Virus record (IMG/VR): IMGVR_UViG_3300034061_006011
Length of the DNA: 64,000 nt
Direction: 5' to 3' (one strand)
From: a virus
Lineage: Duplodnaviria > Caudoviricetes
The stretch's first letter is position 1; the number at the start of each line of letters is the position of its first letter. Both the position numbers and the translations under genes were made by a program. Positions 9,510-19,488 of this stretch are shown here, in pieces. The notes under the pieces are model-generated. The model made no database searches and was not told the origin of the DNA. It saw nothing but the letters and a program-made list of their open reading frames with translations.

Positions 9510-10136
9510 TTAGTAAGAACCCGCTGTAGTTCCACAAATTCCTGTGCAAGGTGGATCTGTTTCTCCAGTATTACAGTAGTTCTCATATATTGCATAAGCA
9601 TATCTAAGTGATAACTCAATATTACATTCATCAGAAGATGAATAATCTAAATCACCAAAATTGATACTCTTAGGCCAACAGTTAATCAACTGCCACTTTT
9701 CTACAGCAAATCCGCAACCATCGAGCAAAGTAAGCACACCTGTGCCAGCATATCCTGAACCTATATCAGGATAACTTCCTTGTGTGGCGTATATTTGCTT
9801 TGTTCCTCCAATTTGCTCGAAGTTATAAACTCTATTTATCCATCTGAGCAAACTGTTAACAGTTGCATCTTCTAGAACAGCAACATCGTAATAAGTAAAA
9901 CTAATTTCATTAAAAGTAGCTTTACCGGGAATAAATGTTTTCCCATTTAAAAAATTGATTTCTGTTTCATCGATATCAATCTGCGGTCTATTACCAGATT
10001 TAACATACTGTCCACCGATGTTAAAACCACCAGCGCCGCCGACATTTTCCACTTGGAATGTCCATCGATATTTTCTTTTAAATGCCGCAGTGCCAAGCGG
10101 TCCAATGCCCATGTTGTTGTCTGTTGATGTAGCCAT
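9510..10136 (-). CDS. gp19: Tail tube protein (gp19-like), paralog 1
   Basis: KRKYRW, IPGKATFNEISFTYYD and WQLINCWPKSINFGDLDY motifs. Confidence 0.88.
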   Translation of the reverse strand: MATSTDNNMGIGPLGTAAFKRKYRWTFQVENVGGAGGFNIGGQYVKSGNRPQIDIDETEINFLNGKTFIPGKATFNEISFTYYDVAVLEDATVNSLLRWINRVYNFEQIGGTKQIYATQGSYPDIGSGYAGTGVLTLLDGCGFAVEKWQLINCWPKSINFGDLDYSSSDECNIELSLRYAYAIYENYCNTGETDPPCTGICGTTAGSY

Positions 10137-10175
10137 ATAAATTACCTCCTAAAGTTTATTTTTTCAAATTAATTA

Positions 10176-12509
10176 TTATGCTAACTCTCTAACCAAGTTA
10201 AATTCAATAAATATAAATTCAATGGCATAGGTTGGAACAATTCCAATTCTAGCTCTTAGTTCATTTCTAGCAATTACGTCTGGTGTGTTTAATTCTTCAT
10301 CACATTTGATTACAAAATTTGTTAATCCAGAATTGAGCTGCACTCTTGAAAGAATAGTTGAACAAGTATTTATAAAAATGCTCCTTGTTGAAGCTGTGTT
10401 TGGTTCAAACAACAATGATTTTGATGCTGTTTTAATTGATTTCTCGACATAGAACAACATTCTGCGAACATTAACTCTATCGAGAGCAGTTGGTGTTCTC
10501 TGTAGCGTCTTCTGACCCCAGATTACGAATCCAGTGATATCAGGATAAGTGATGATTGGATTGATAGCATTGCTGTTACCATACATCAAATCTTTTTCTT
10601 CAAGACTTGGTCTGGTGAAGACGTTATTGATATTAGGAACAATACCTCTCTTCAAACCTGCTGGAGCAAACCAAGGACCACCTAAATTATCACTCTGGCA
10701 GTAAGCTGCCATAACTGAACCAGATGGTGGAACCCAAACAGGAATATTGTTGAATACATCAGTTTGTTCTACCCAAGGATAATAAAGAGCAGCGAAGTCT
10801 GTATTAAGCTGAGTGTTGTTGAGTGGATGAACACCGTTCTGCCATTGAATAATTTCGTTAACAGTAAGACCGAAAGGAGGATCAATGATTGCTAAACAGT
10901 CTTGACGTAATTCACAAACATCAATTAGAGTCTGAATAACTGATGTTGAGCTACGTCCGGGTGTTGCAAGGAGATCGATTACAACCTGTTCTGGTTCAGA
11001 GAATGCATAAAGACCAGTTCCAGCGGTTGCATTCCCCTTGATGAGATCATCCTGAGCATCTGGATCAACTGGAATGCCATCAGTACCACCTGATAATTGA
11101 ATACCAGCAGCACCTGTATTTGCAGGAGGAGCAGACAATGCAGTGTTATCTGTAACTCTGATGAATGAACTTTGTGAGTTGATATATGTTGCAACGTAGA
11201 AAGAAGAGGTCTGATTCTTGGTCAAGTTACCCCAAGCTTCAACTTGTGCTCCATTATTAAACACTTTGAATGCGAATGTGCCATCATTAACATTGTTGGA
11301 AATTTGAACAACAGTTTCATTTCCTTCAATGCCGGGGCTGTCAGCATAAATGGTAAAGCTATAAGCACCAGATGCCGCAGAAGCTCCTCTTACAACGCCT
11401 GCTTCATCTGTCATACCATCATTAGTTGTTTGAACAGGAGATAAGCCAGATGCTGTAGCATTTGACAATCCAAAGATAACATCAAGTGTACTGTCGGTTT
11501 TAACAACAAGTTTACTTCCTGAACCGTAAGCTAATGTTCTAAGGATTATGTGGTCTGCGCCATCATCATCAGCTTCAAAGCCACCGAGAGGAGAAGCGAT
11601 TTGATTGTTAATTTCGGTTACAACTTGAGCTGTTGTATAAGTTCCACCAGCAAGAGCTGAAAGGTCAATAACCTGAACAACATCATCGATATTAACATTT
11701 CCTGTGCCGCTGATAACAACTTGTAGTGCTGTTGAAAGAATAGTTGATGATACGCCAGAGAAATTCCAATCACCAACTGAAGTGTAGATATCGTCAGGAT
11801 ATTTATCTTCAGTACCAAGAAGTTCAGCTTGTGTCATGGATGTTCCCATGCCAATGATGCTGCTTGCACCGCCATAGATGCTATCCTGATGAGAAACAAG
11901 TTCAATTGTTGAACTTGTTCCGTAAGCCCAAACAGACTTGAGGGTTACACTGTCGCCAGCTGTTGCTTCAAATATAATTCCGTCAATTTCTGAAACAAGT
12001 TGATTATTAAGAAAATCTACAAGTTCATCAGCAGTAGCATATGTGTCTGCATCAACTACAAGAATTTTGCTTGCAAGTACGCCGTTTAGTTTCCAGCTGA
12101 AATACTGATCGTCTGCAAAAACAAAAGGACCAGTAGCTGATCCAAGGATTTCAATCAAGCCACCAGTTGCAGGAGCGACAACTGCTGCTGTGTTTGCCTG
12201 ATAAGCACTTGTTGGATCGGTATCAGCAACTCTGGTTACGATGAGTTCGCTAGAAACTCTTAGAATCTGTTGTGCTGCATAGATTAGATAAGGATCACCA
12301 GTATCTGGGTGAGGATTGCCAAACTTGAAAACCAAGTCGGTAAGACTGGTTACTGAGGTTGGTGTATTGATTGGACCTTTACTCGCAAAACCTACAAGAC
12401 CAATACTATGGAAGCTTGTGGTTGGAGAAATGAAAGTCAAATCATTCTCTGTAATTCTTACAGATGGGCTAATCGTGTTGCTAGCAGGGAATCCTCGTAA
12501 GTTTGCCAT
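10176..12509 (-). CDS. gp18: Tail sheath protein (gp18-like)
   Basis: SPSVRITENDLT, GFASKGP, WFAPAG..RG and WGQKTL...ALDRVNVRR; AAGGAG RBS before MANLRG. Confidence 0.95.
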   Translation of the reverse strand: MANLRGFPASNTISPSVRITENDLTFISPTTSFHSIGLVGFASKGPINTPTSVTSLTDLVFKFGNPHPDTGDPYLIYAAQQILRVSSELIVTRVADTDPTSAYQANTAAVVAPATGGLIEILGSATGPFVFADDQYFSWKLNGVLASKILVVDADTYATADELVDFLNNQLVSEIDGIIFEATAGDSVTLKSVWAYGTSSTIELVSHQDSIYGGASSIIGMGTSMTQAELLGTEDKYPDDIYTSVGDWNFSGVSSTILSTALQVVISGTGNVNIDDVVQVIDLSALAGGTYTTAQVVTEINNQIASPLGGFEADDDGADHIILRTLAYGSGSKLVVKTDSTLDVIFGLSNATASGLSPVQTTNDGMTDEAGVVRGASAASGAYSFTIYADSPGIEGNETVVQISNNVNDGTFAFKVFNNGAQVEAWGNLTKNQTSSFYVATYINSQSSFIRVTDNTALSAPPANTGAAGIQLSGGTDGIPVDPDAQDDLIKGNATAGTGLYAFSEPEQVVIDLLATPGRSSTSVIQTLIDVCELRQDCLAIIDPPFGLTVNEIIQWQNGVHPLNNTQLNTDFAALYYPWVEQTDVFNNIPVWVPPSGSVMAAYCQSDNLGGPWFAPAGLKRGIVPNINNVFTRPSLEEKDLMYGNSNAINPIITYPDITGFVIWGQKTLQRTPTALDRVNVRRMLFYVEKSIKTASKSLLFEPNTASTRSIFINTCSTILSRVQLNSGLTNFVIKCDEELNTPDVIARNELRARIGIVPTYAIEFIFIEFNLVRELA

Positions 12510-12510
12510 T

Positions 12511-12738
12511 TTACTTTTCTCCTTCAATCAAAATATTATTCGATATATATCTAGTCTTTATCAGACCCATTTTTTCTACTCTTTCTATATATGCAGTAGA
12601 CCTCTCATCTTCTAAATTATAAATATTTTTTTTTGATCCCAATCCGGGAATGTTAAGAGTTGTAAAAGAATTTGACTTTTTCCTACTCTTAATTATAATT
12701 TGAACTGGATGCTTTTTCAAGTTTGTAATTTCAATCAT
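12511..12738 (-). CDS. Small hypothetical protein in tail operon
   Basis: 75-aa ORF between gp15 and sheath with overlapping start/stop. Confidence 0.6.
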   Translation of the reverse strand: MIEITNLKKHPVQIIIKSRKKSNSFTTLNIPGLGSKKNIYNLEDERSTAYIERVEKMGLIKTRYISNNILIEGEK

Positions 12739-13733
12739 AAAATTGGTGCCGTTTCCTCTATTTTTGCTAGAACCTCTGTTATTGTCGCTTCGTCTACTGA
12801 GTCAACAAGATCTGCCTTTACCACTTTAATCAAAGAATCGTATTGTTTAACTGGTAGTGGCACATATGTTTGAGCAGTTAGTCCGAATTGAAATTTTATT
12901 ACTCTTAAAGCTTGATCTCCGGGTTCGGTTTCAAGGTTATTAGCAATAGAATCCAATTTAACAATGACTTCTTGCAAAACGCCTCTAACTTTTATGTATG
13001 CTACAAGACTAAATTTTGTAACAATTTGTTCTAATATTTGATTCATATCTTCAAGTTGCATTGTCCAAGCATACATTGTGTAAGACACATTGATTGGAAT
13101 TCCTCTTGAAACTCCAAATAATGTTTCTCTGTTTTGATATTTTGGTGCTTTAATTGGTGAAGATCCAGTATAAGCTTCAATGTATCTTACTGCTTGATGA
13201 TATGTGTATCTTGTTGCATCTAATTCATATCCTGTTGAACTAATTGCAAGCATAGGAAGTTTGATTCTATCAACAACAAGTGTTTCATCTTTTCTTACAT
13301 TTTGTTGAAGGATTGCAGCAACTGCTCTTTCTTGTGTTGCCCAAATGATTGGAATATTATGAGCTTTTCCTTCTTCATCAATAACGACAATATTTCTGAA
13401 CAAATCCATTACAGCTTCGTCAGTTCCTCTTAATGCTTTTGAATATCTGTATACTATATTTTGATCTATTTGTTCTGCTGGATCATTAACAATTTTGCCA
13501 GCTTGCATTGGATCGCAGTTATTTGCTGCGCCGTTGCCAAGATTTTGAACTAAGTTATCATTAAGCCAATCGGCAGCGCCTTGTTCGCCGATATTATTTT
13601 GATTATCTGGTGGAACATGACAATCCATACCGGGAGGTGGATCAGTATTGTTTGATCTGCCTAAAATGCTTAGATCTGGGCAGGGGTTAATCTGGTTCTC
13701 GTAGTGATTTGGATTTGGACCTATTGGAAGCAT
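12735..13733 (-). CDS. gp15: Tail terminator/sheath stabilizer (gp15-like)
   Basis: IPIIWATQE, LPMLAI and PINVSYTM...EDMNQILEQIVTKF match gp15. Confidence 0.85.
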   Translation of the reverse strand: MLPIGPNPNHYENQINPCPDLSILGRSNNTDPPPGMDCHVPPDNQNNIGEQGAADWLNDNLVQNLGNGAANNCDPMQAGKIVNDPAEQIDQNIVYRYSKALRGTDEAVMDLFRNIVVIDEEGKAHNIPIIWATQERAVAAILQQNVRKDETLVVDRIKLPMLAISSTGYELDATRYTYHQAVRYIEAYTGSSPIKAPKYQNRETLFGVSRGIPINVSYTMYAWTMQLEDMNQILEQIVTKFSLVAYIKVRGVLQEVIVKLDSIANNLETEPGDQALRVIKFQFGLTAQTYVPLPVKQYDSLIKVVKADLVDSVDEATITEVLAKIEETAPIL

Positions 13734-13754
13734 AATTTTATATAGTGGTTTCTC

Positions 13755-13782
13755 TTGATTTTACCTTGTTTTTAACTATAAT
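13755..13782 (+). promoter_or_regulatory. Sigma70-type promoter, probably leaderless
   Basis: TTGATT-N16-TATAAT; ATG 6 nt after the -10 box. Confidence 0.55.
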
Positions 13783-13788
13783 AATTGC

Positions 13789-14622
13789 ATGGACAAGAAA
13801 CTCAAAGTGCTTTATCGAAATTACGGTTCCAGTATTGGACCCCGTAAAATCAAGATAGAAATCCCCGGTTTTGCTGGGGAGTCTAACGATCATACCAATG
13901 GCAGTAAAGCACAGCCATTTCATTGTTTACCATTTGTAGATGCAAGTACATACGCATTAGAATTAATATATCACTTTGATACGACAACGATAGTAAAGAA
14001 TGTTGGTGGAAAGATTATATTTGATGGTGATTGGTCAAAAGAAAAATTAAATGTAAAGTATTCAACAATTCCGCCGTTTGGATTATTTGCAGAAGGTCAT
14101 TATGGATTCACATCAAGTTTAGACATTCAGCCGCCGCCGGGATATATAATCAGAGTTGAACCACATCCAAGTTTTTATACAGATCCTACTTGGTCAACTC
14201 CATGTGCTGTTCCGGGTCATATTCAAGGAGAATTTTGGAGCAGTATTTTCTTTGTTGTATTTAAATCACCATTAGAAGGACAGCAACAAATATTTCAGAA
14301 GGGTAAGCCTTATGCACAAATATTTATTCTTCCTAAAAAAGTTGAATATAATGTTGAAGAAATGTCTCCTGAAATTAGAAAGAAGCGAGAGAAAAGAAAC
14401 GATATAGTTTTTAATAACAGAAGAAAAGTTGCCAAACATGTATGGAAAGATAATTTAAATCAAGAATTTGATGATAAGTACAAACAACTTAAGATGATAT
14501 TTGAGAAAAAAGGAATTGAAGGTGTTGATGAATTTCTAGAAAAAATTGTAGCTTGCCCTGTGGTGAAGAGCAAGCTACGATATAAACTTGTAAATTTTAA
14601 GAAACTGAATAAGAAAAAGTAA
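13789..14622 (+). CDS. DUF6065-like protein
   Basis: PFHCLPF.DA..Y motif, beta-rich core and GKPYAQIF. Confidence 0.5.
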   Translation: MDKKLKVLYRNYGSSIGPRKIKIEIPGFAGESNDHTNGSKAQPFHCLPFVDASTYALELIYHFDTTTIVKNVGGKIIFDGDWSKEKLNVKYSTIPPFGLFAEGHYGFTSSLDIQPPPGYIIRVEPHPSFYTDPTWSTPCAVPGHIQGEFWSSIFFVVFKSPLEGQQQIFQKGKPYAQIFILPKKVEYNVEEMSPEIRKKREKRNDIVFNNRRKVAKHVWKDNLNQEFDDKYKQLKMIFEKKGIEGVDEFLEKIVACPVVKSKLRYKLVNFKKLNKKK

Positions 14623-14689
14623 TTTTACTTTATACTCTTAGTTAAATATCAAAATATTTATAAATATAAAATTAAATTTAAATTATTTG

Positions 14690-14697
14690 TATAAATA
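14690..14697 (+). promoter_or_regulatory. T4-type late promoter TATAAATA (second copy at 14659-14666)
   Basis: Exact TATAAATA 6 nt upstream of ATG 14704; gp55-like sigma is encoded in the window. Confidence 0.55.
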
Positions 14698-14703
14698 AAC
14701 ATT

Positions 14704-15216
14704 ATGAAAACATTTTTTGATTGGATGGCAAGTAACAGATATTATACTGAAGATACAAGAACAGGCATGCCTGTTAATCCTAATCAGCAAAAAGCACCTG
14801 TTGCTCCTAATCAGCAACAAACAACTGGTTTCCCAGATAATCGTGACACAAGTGTAAGAAGAGCAGCACCAAGCAATCCACAAGCTAACAATCAAATGAA
14901 TGTAAGCAAAGAATTCGAAAATAGATGGTCTGCAAATTTTCCGTTAATAGTACAATCACTTAAACAAGCTGGTGTATCGATTAATAGTCTAAGTCCCAAT
15001 GACCAGTCAGCCGCTACCGGTGGTATCAGCAATATTTCAAAAAACTTAGATAATGTCGCAAAGAATTTTATAGATTACAAAAATCAGACTGTTCAAACTT
15101 TTGCTATATTAAGAAATATGTTGAACCAAAAAAGACAAGAACTAAAAAATTCACCGCCGCCTGTTAATCGAATGAGTGATCCCGCCTACAGTAGAGAGGC
15201 GGGAAGAGTTCAATAA
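14704..15216 (+). CDS. Q/N/P-rich putative internal head protein
   Basis: Starts MKTFFDW, resembling a capsid-targeting sequence. Confidence 0.6.
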   Translation: MKTFFDWMASNRYYTEDTRTGMPVNPNQQKAPVAPNQQQTTGFPDNRDTSVRRAAPSNPQANNQMNVSKEFENRWSANFPLIVQSLKQAGVSINSLSPNDQSAATGGISNISKNLDNVAKNFIDYKNQTVQTFAILRNMLNQKRQELKNSPPPVNRMSDPAYSREAGRVQ

Positions 15217-15233
15217 TTAATTAAATTTACAAA

Positions 15234-15932
15234 TTACATTCCGCCGTAGCCGCCACCCATTCCAGTGCCGCTACCGCCGCCTTGACCGCCGCCACCCATT
15301 CCAGCACCCATACCACCGCCCATGCCGCCCATGCCACCACCAAAGCCGCCACTCATATCACCAGAGCCTTGATCTGCGCCACCTGCTCCTGCGCCGCCAC
15401 TCATATCACCACCTGTTGGCGGTGCGCTTACATTTGGAGCGCCTTCAGGAGAACCTTCTTCTCCACCTTCTTCTTCTCCACCCTCTTCTTCTCCCTCTTC
15501 TCCTTCTTCATCTTCTCCAGAAATACTCTTGATAAGATTATCGAGTTGATTTAAAAGATCTTCAATTTGTCCACCCTTGTCTTCATCTTGACTCTTGAAA
15601 TTTTCAATTTGATTTTTAAGAGTTTCAATAGCTGACTTAGTGCTTTCTGTATCTGATCCACCTTCGCTTGGTGCAACATTTGATTCATCGGTGTCTGCTG
15701 GCGCATCACCTTGTTGACCTTGTTGATTTTGGAAAGTATTCATTTGATCTTGTGGGATCTGTGCTTGTGCAGAAAAATCTGGTTGACCACCAGCAGGAGG
15801 AGCGCCAGCATTGCCACCACCCATGGGGTTAGGATTTTGCATCATACCGGGCATCGGCATGCCACCTGCATCTTGTTCTCTAAAAACCCTTTTGTTTTCA
15901 AGAATTCTGTACATCTCATAAAAAGTCTTCAT
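15234..15932 (-). CDS. G/M/E-rich low-complexity putative internal head protein
   Basis: Starts MKTFYEM; GGM/GGG and EEG tracts. Confidence 0.65.
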   Translation of the reverse strand: MKTFYEMYRILENKRVFREQDAGGMPMPGMMQNPNPMGGGNAGAPPAGGQPDFSAQAQIPQDQMNTFQNQQGQQGDAPADTDESNVAPSEGGSDTESTKSAIETLKNQIENFKSQDEDKGGQIEDLLNQLDNLIKSISGEDEEGEEGEEEGGEEEGGEEGSPEGAPNVSAPPTGGDMSGGAGAGGADQGSGDMSGGFGGGMGGMGGGMGAGMGGGGQGGGSGTGMGGGYGGM

Positions 15933-15940
15933 ATTTACTC

Positions 15941-16477
15941 CTAAACTATCTTAAAATCAGCGTTTTCAGTCTTTCCAACAGATGAACCACTAACAGTATC
16001 TTCTTGGAATCTCTGACAAATAAGTTGTAGTCTCAATGCATTATATAGTTTAAACTCACCTAATTTTCTTTCAATAATGACCCAATCTTCATTTAAAAAT
16101 GGAGTCTTGACTCTACTACCTATTTTAGGTGGGTGACCAAGATCCCTTAAAACTGCACGATAGTTCAAATCAAATGTCATTTCATCAGGTGAATCTATAC
16201 CAAAAGCAGTTTGCATATTTTGGGAAGGAATTGGTTCGTATACACACCATAGTTGTATAGGATTTTGACTATAAATTTTTGCTCTTGATTCAACATAAAG
16301 AGGATCAATATTATTTGCATCTATGAAAAGTTCATAATAGAACAATGGTGATCCGCCCAGACGGATTGTTTCTTCATCATAAAGATCAAACAAGCTTCTT
16401 TCTGGCAATCCATCATCGAATTGCTGCAAGCTTCCTGTGGGACAATATGGTTTTCCATCTGGTTTATATATTGTCAT
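15941..16477 (-). CDS. gp14: Neck protein (gp14-like)
   Basis: EETIRLGG.PLFYY, FGIDSPDEMTF, PKIGSRV and LICQRF match gp14. Confidence 0.8.
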   Translation of the reverse strand: MTIYKPDGKPYCPTGSLQQFDDGLPERSLFDLYDEETIRLGGSPLFYYELFIDANNIDPLYVESRAKIYSQNPIQLWCVYEPIPSQNMQTAFGIDSPDEMTFDLNYRAVLRDLGHPPKIGSRVKTPFLNEDWVIIERKLGEFKLYNALRLQLICQRFQEDTVSGSSVGKTENADFKIV

Positions 16478-16484
16478 TTTTTCC

Positions 16485-16889
16485 TTAAGTACAACTGTTA
16501 AGAGAAATTTGTGCTGTAATCAGGATCTGTCCACCACTTCCGGGCAATTGAAAAGGAGCAGCGGTAAATCTTTCAATCCATAGTAAATCACCACCGACAT
16601 TTGTAATATAATATCCAAAAACAGTTGCAGCTGCTGTAATATTAAATGTTTGTTCTGGATAGCTTGCAGTGGTAACACCAGAAGTTGTTGCAACTGTCCA
16701 AGTTGCTGCTGTTAGAGTGATGCCTGCATATCCAGTAGCAGTAACTTGTGTTATATCACCTAACACAGTAGTTGAGCTTGGTGTTAAATTATTTGAGTAA
16801 AGACGCAACACAGTATTTGTTGGTGCTACCTTATTAAGCATATTGCTTAAAAGAACTACTTCGCCAACATCTGGAATTACTAATGCCAT
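16485..16889 (-). CDS. Putative virion structural protein
   Basis: GEVVLL...LRLY...TGYA pattern; similar to 28123-28641; AGGAG RBS. Confidence 0.55.
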   Translation of the reverse strand: MALVIPDVGEVVLLSNMLNKVAPTNTVLRLYSNNLTPSSTTVLGDITQVTATGYAGITLTAATWTVATTSGVTTASYPEQTFNITAAATVFGYYITNVGGDLLWIERFTAAPFQLPGSGGQILITAQISLNSCT

Positions 16890-16912
16890 GAAAAACTCCT
16901 AGTTAATTCGAT

Positions 16913-16926
16913 CTATATATATTTAG
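16913..16926. promoter_or_regulatory. Bidirectional TA-rich promoter element between divergent genes
   Basis: CTATATATATTTAG; TATATA lies 7 nt before ATG 16927; reads CTAAATA on the minus strand. Confidence 0.45.
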
Positions 16927-17526
16927 ATGGTAATTCATAAAAAAGATGGAAGTGTTTTTAAATTAAATGGACCTAATGAAATTATGTTCACACAGGAATC
17001 GTGGAGTGCCTTCAAAACACACAATTTATCAAACTTATCAAATTGCAAAATGGAATCAAATATTCCTCATGTTATTTTAGGAAAGAAGAAAATTGTTGAA
17101 GAAAATAAGGTAATTGAACCAATTAAAGAAGAAATTGTTGAAGAAGAAATTGTTATTGAAGAAACTCCTGAAGAAATTGTCGTTGAAGAAGTTGTTGAAG
17201 ATAAAAAGAAAACAAATGAATTTGATAATTTTAAAAAAACTATTATGCATTGTGCTTTAGCAAAGAAAATAGAAGTGAAAGATGATTTGTATGGTGAAAC
17301 TGCATTAAAGGTAAAATTTATTGATAAATTTACATTTGAATCTATAGTTATGAACAAAAATGATTTTGTACTTATATTTTGGACAAAACTAGATAATTTG
17401 ACAATTGGATCTGTGTTATATCCACAAGATGATTCAAAAAGATGGTGGGAAGTGAGAGAAATTGAGGATGTTCCCGGTGGTCACAAGATTACTTGTTGTA
17501 TCACCAGAAACACCCCTGCTTTTTAA
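16927..17526 (+). CDS. Hypothetical protein with acidic EEIV repeats
   Basis: 199-aa ORF; N-terminus resembles the gp14 start. Confidence 0.6.
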   Translation: MVIHKKDGSVFKLNGPNEIMFTQESWSAFKTHNLSNLSNCKMESNIPHVILGKKKIVEENKVIEPIKEEIVEEEIVIEETPEEIVVEEVVEDKKKTNEFDNFKKTIMHCALAKKIEVKDDLYGETALKVKFIDKFTFESIVMNKNDFVLIFWTKLDNLTIGSVLYPQDDSKRWWEVREIEDVPGGHKITCCITRNTPAF

Positions 17527-19448
17527 GTTATTGCTTTATCCATCATCTCACCTATTGCTGCTCGAACAGCAGCAGCATCAGCATCTTTGCCAAATCTTTT
17601 TCTCATTGTTCCAGAAACTCCTAAATTCTTTTTATATAATACATAACTTAGGCTACTCATTAAACTTCTCAAGGTTTGTGAAATGACAGTTTGTGCAAGT
17701 CTTGTCGCTATTGGACGAGTTAAATTAAAAAGTCTTAAATTCCTTAAAGCTTTATCTTTTATTAGATTTTTAAAAGCTAAATATGTTGTTGGCGATATGA
17801 TTCCTTCTTCAGGATCATAAAATGTTTTCAAGAAAATATTAAATCTTCCCTCATAATTTTCTTTTACGAATTTTTTAACAAGTTCATCAAATAAATCATC
17901 ATCACCCATTACAAGCATAAGGTTTTCTAAATTTTGATTTAAATCTTGTCTGCCCGGTCCTGCTTCATATTCAGATGATTTATTTGGGTATACACCTCCC
18001 GCCAATGTTCTATCTCTTTTGTCTAAATCTTCTGGAACATCTCTTTCATTATCAAATTGATAAAATATTGGTTTTCTTTTTCGATTTGCAGCAGGTTGTT
18101 CTATATCTCTTGGATCATAATGATGTCCAACTCTACGAGTTGCTTCCAAATTTCTGATCAGATCTCCTAATCTTTGAACTTCTTCTGGATCTTCTTTTGC
18201 TTCTGCGTCTGCAACTTTTTTTTGTAATTTTTCTATTGTTTGATTAATGTTAAAAAGTATTTTACCCGGAAGCAATTCTGGCATCGTTTGACCGGGATGA
18301 TGAGGATTAGCTACTGTAGGATGTCTTAACTTTGAGAAAGACATTGTATCAAAGTCTTCACCATGATAATTTTGTATTGGATATGTGATTAAATCTATAT
18401 CAACTAAAGCATCAATTAATTTTTCTTCAAATTTAACACTGTGTTCAGCATGTTGAACAATATGTGATAAATTGTTAAATGTCATTTTATGTGGATTTCT
18501 TATATTGACTTCCTTTCTTAAATCATCAGCAAATCTAGCTCGATTTGCTAATAAGTACGAATATATATCAGTATTTGGTTTCTTAAGTTGAAATTTTTTA
18601 TTTAAAATGGTTACATCTTTTTGTGTAAGTGCTTTTTTAATAAATTTTTCTTCTAATTCTTTTATGTATTTTGCATACTTGTTGTACAATGGTGTCCTAT
18701 AGATATCTCTTTCTATTTCTTCTTCTGTAGCTTCAGTGTTTGCAGCATATTCAGTTTTTGATCTTTCTCTGTGTGTTTTTGGATCTATAGTATTCGGTGC
18801 ATGTAAAAGTCCTTGTGAGGCATATGTTACCCAAGATTGTAAATTGTTTGAAATTTGTTTTACTTGTGGACAAGTAAAACCAATAGTGTACCAGTTACCA
18901 ACTGGATTTTCAGGATCGAAATTTCTAATTTTGCTTAAATCAAAACCAACTGCACTTGCTCCTCTTGGTCCTTCCAGTCTATCAACTAATTCTCTAATAT
19001 AATTATTTTTTATTGTTGTAGATGTTGCTCGTTTTCTAATAACGAAACTATATTCTGTTCTTGGATAATTGATGTTCATCCAAGCTCCACCACCATCTGG
19101 TCTTTGTGCCAATTCACTATCAATAAAGTTTTTTGCATTATTATATGCACTTTCTCTGATTCTTGTTACTTCTTCAGGCTGATTGCCTTTGTAAGTCAAT
19201 CCTTGATATATTCCGTCTGCTGCATCTTGTATTGTTTCGTAATAACCTTTACTGAATCCTTTAATTTTTTTCTTTCTAGCTTCTTCTCTCTGCGTAAGTG
19301 CTGCGGGTAAATCAAGTCCATATCGCTCTTCAATGGCTCTTGCCCATACAGATTGTGGAAATTGATGTAGAAAATCCATATCATCGTTTCCGAACAGATG
19401 AAAGTCGTGACTTACATGTCCAGAAAAGTATTCACTAAAAAGTTTCAT
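17523..19448 (-). CDS. Large hypothetical, putative internal head protein
   Basis: 641-aa ORF; starts MKLFSEYF; GAGGA RBS. Confidence 0.6.
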   Translation of the reverse strand: MKLFSEYFSGHVSHDFHLFGNDDMDFLHQFPQSVWARAIEERYGLDLPAALTQREEARKKKIKGFSKGYYETIQDAADGIYQGLTYKGNQPEEVTRIRESAYNNAKNFIDSELAQRPDGGGAWMNINYPRTEYSFVIRKRATSTTIKNNYIRELVDRLEGPRGASAVGFDLSKIRNFDPENPVGNWYTIGFTCPQVKQISNNLQSWVTYASQGLLHAPNTIDPKTHRERSKTEYAANTEATEEEIERDIYRTPLYNKYAKYIKELEEKFIKKALTQKDVTILNKKFQLKKPNTDIYSYLLANRARFADDLRKEVNIRNPHKMTFNNLSHIVQHAEHSVKFEEKLIDALVDIDLITYPIQNYHGEDFDTMSFSKLRHPTVANPHHPGQTMPELLPGKILFNINQTIEKLQKKVADAEAKEDPEEVQRLGDLIRNLEATRRVGHHYDPRDIEQPAANRKRKPIFYQFDNERDVPEDLDKRDRTLAGGVYPNKSSEYEAGPGRQDLNQNLENLMLVMGDDDLFDELVKKFVKENYEGRFNIFLKTFYDPEEGIISPTTYLAFKNLIKDKALRNLRLFNLTRPIATRLAQTVISQTLRSLMSSLSYVLYKKNLGVSGTMRKRFGKDADAAAVRAAIGEMMDKAIT

Positions 19449-19473
19449 TCATGTTCCTCAATTTGACTGTTAC

Positions 19474-19487
19474 TTTATATATATAAA
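19474..19487. promoter_or_regulatory. Palindromic TTTATATATATAAA bidirectional promoter candidate
   Basis: Perfect 14-bp palindrome between divergent starts 19448(-) and 19489(+). Confidence 0.5.
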
Positions 19488-19488
19488 C

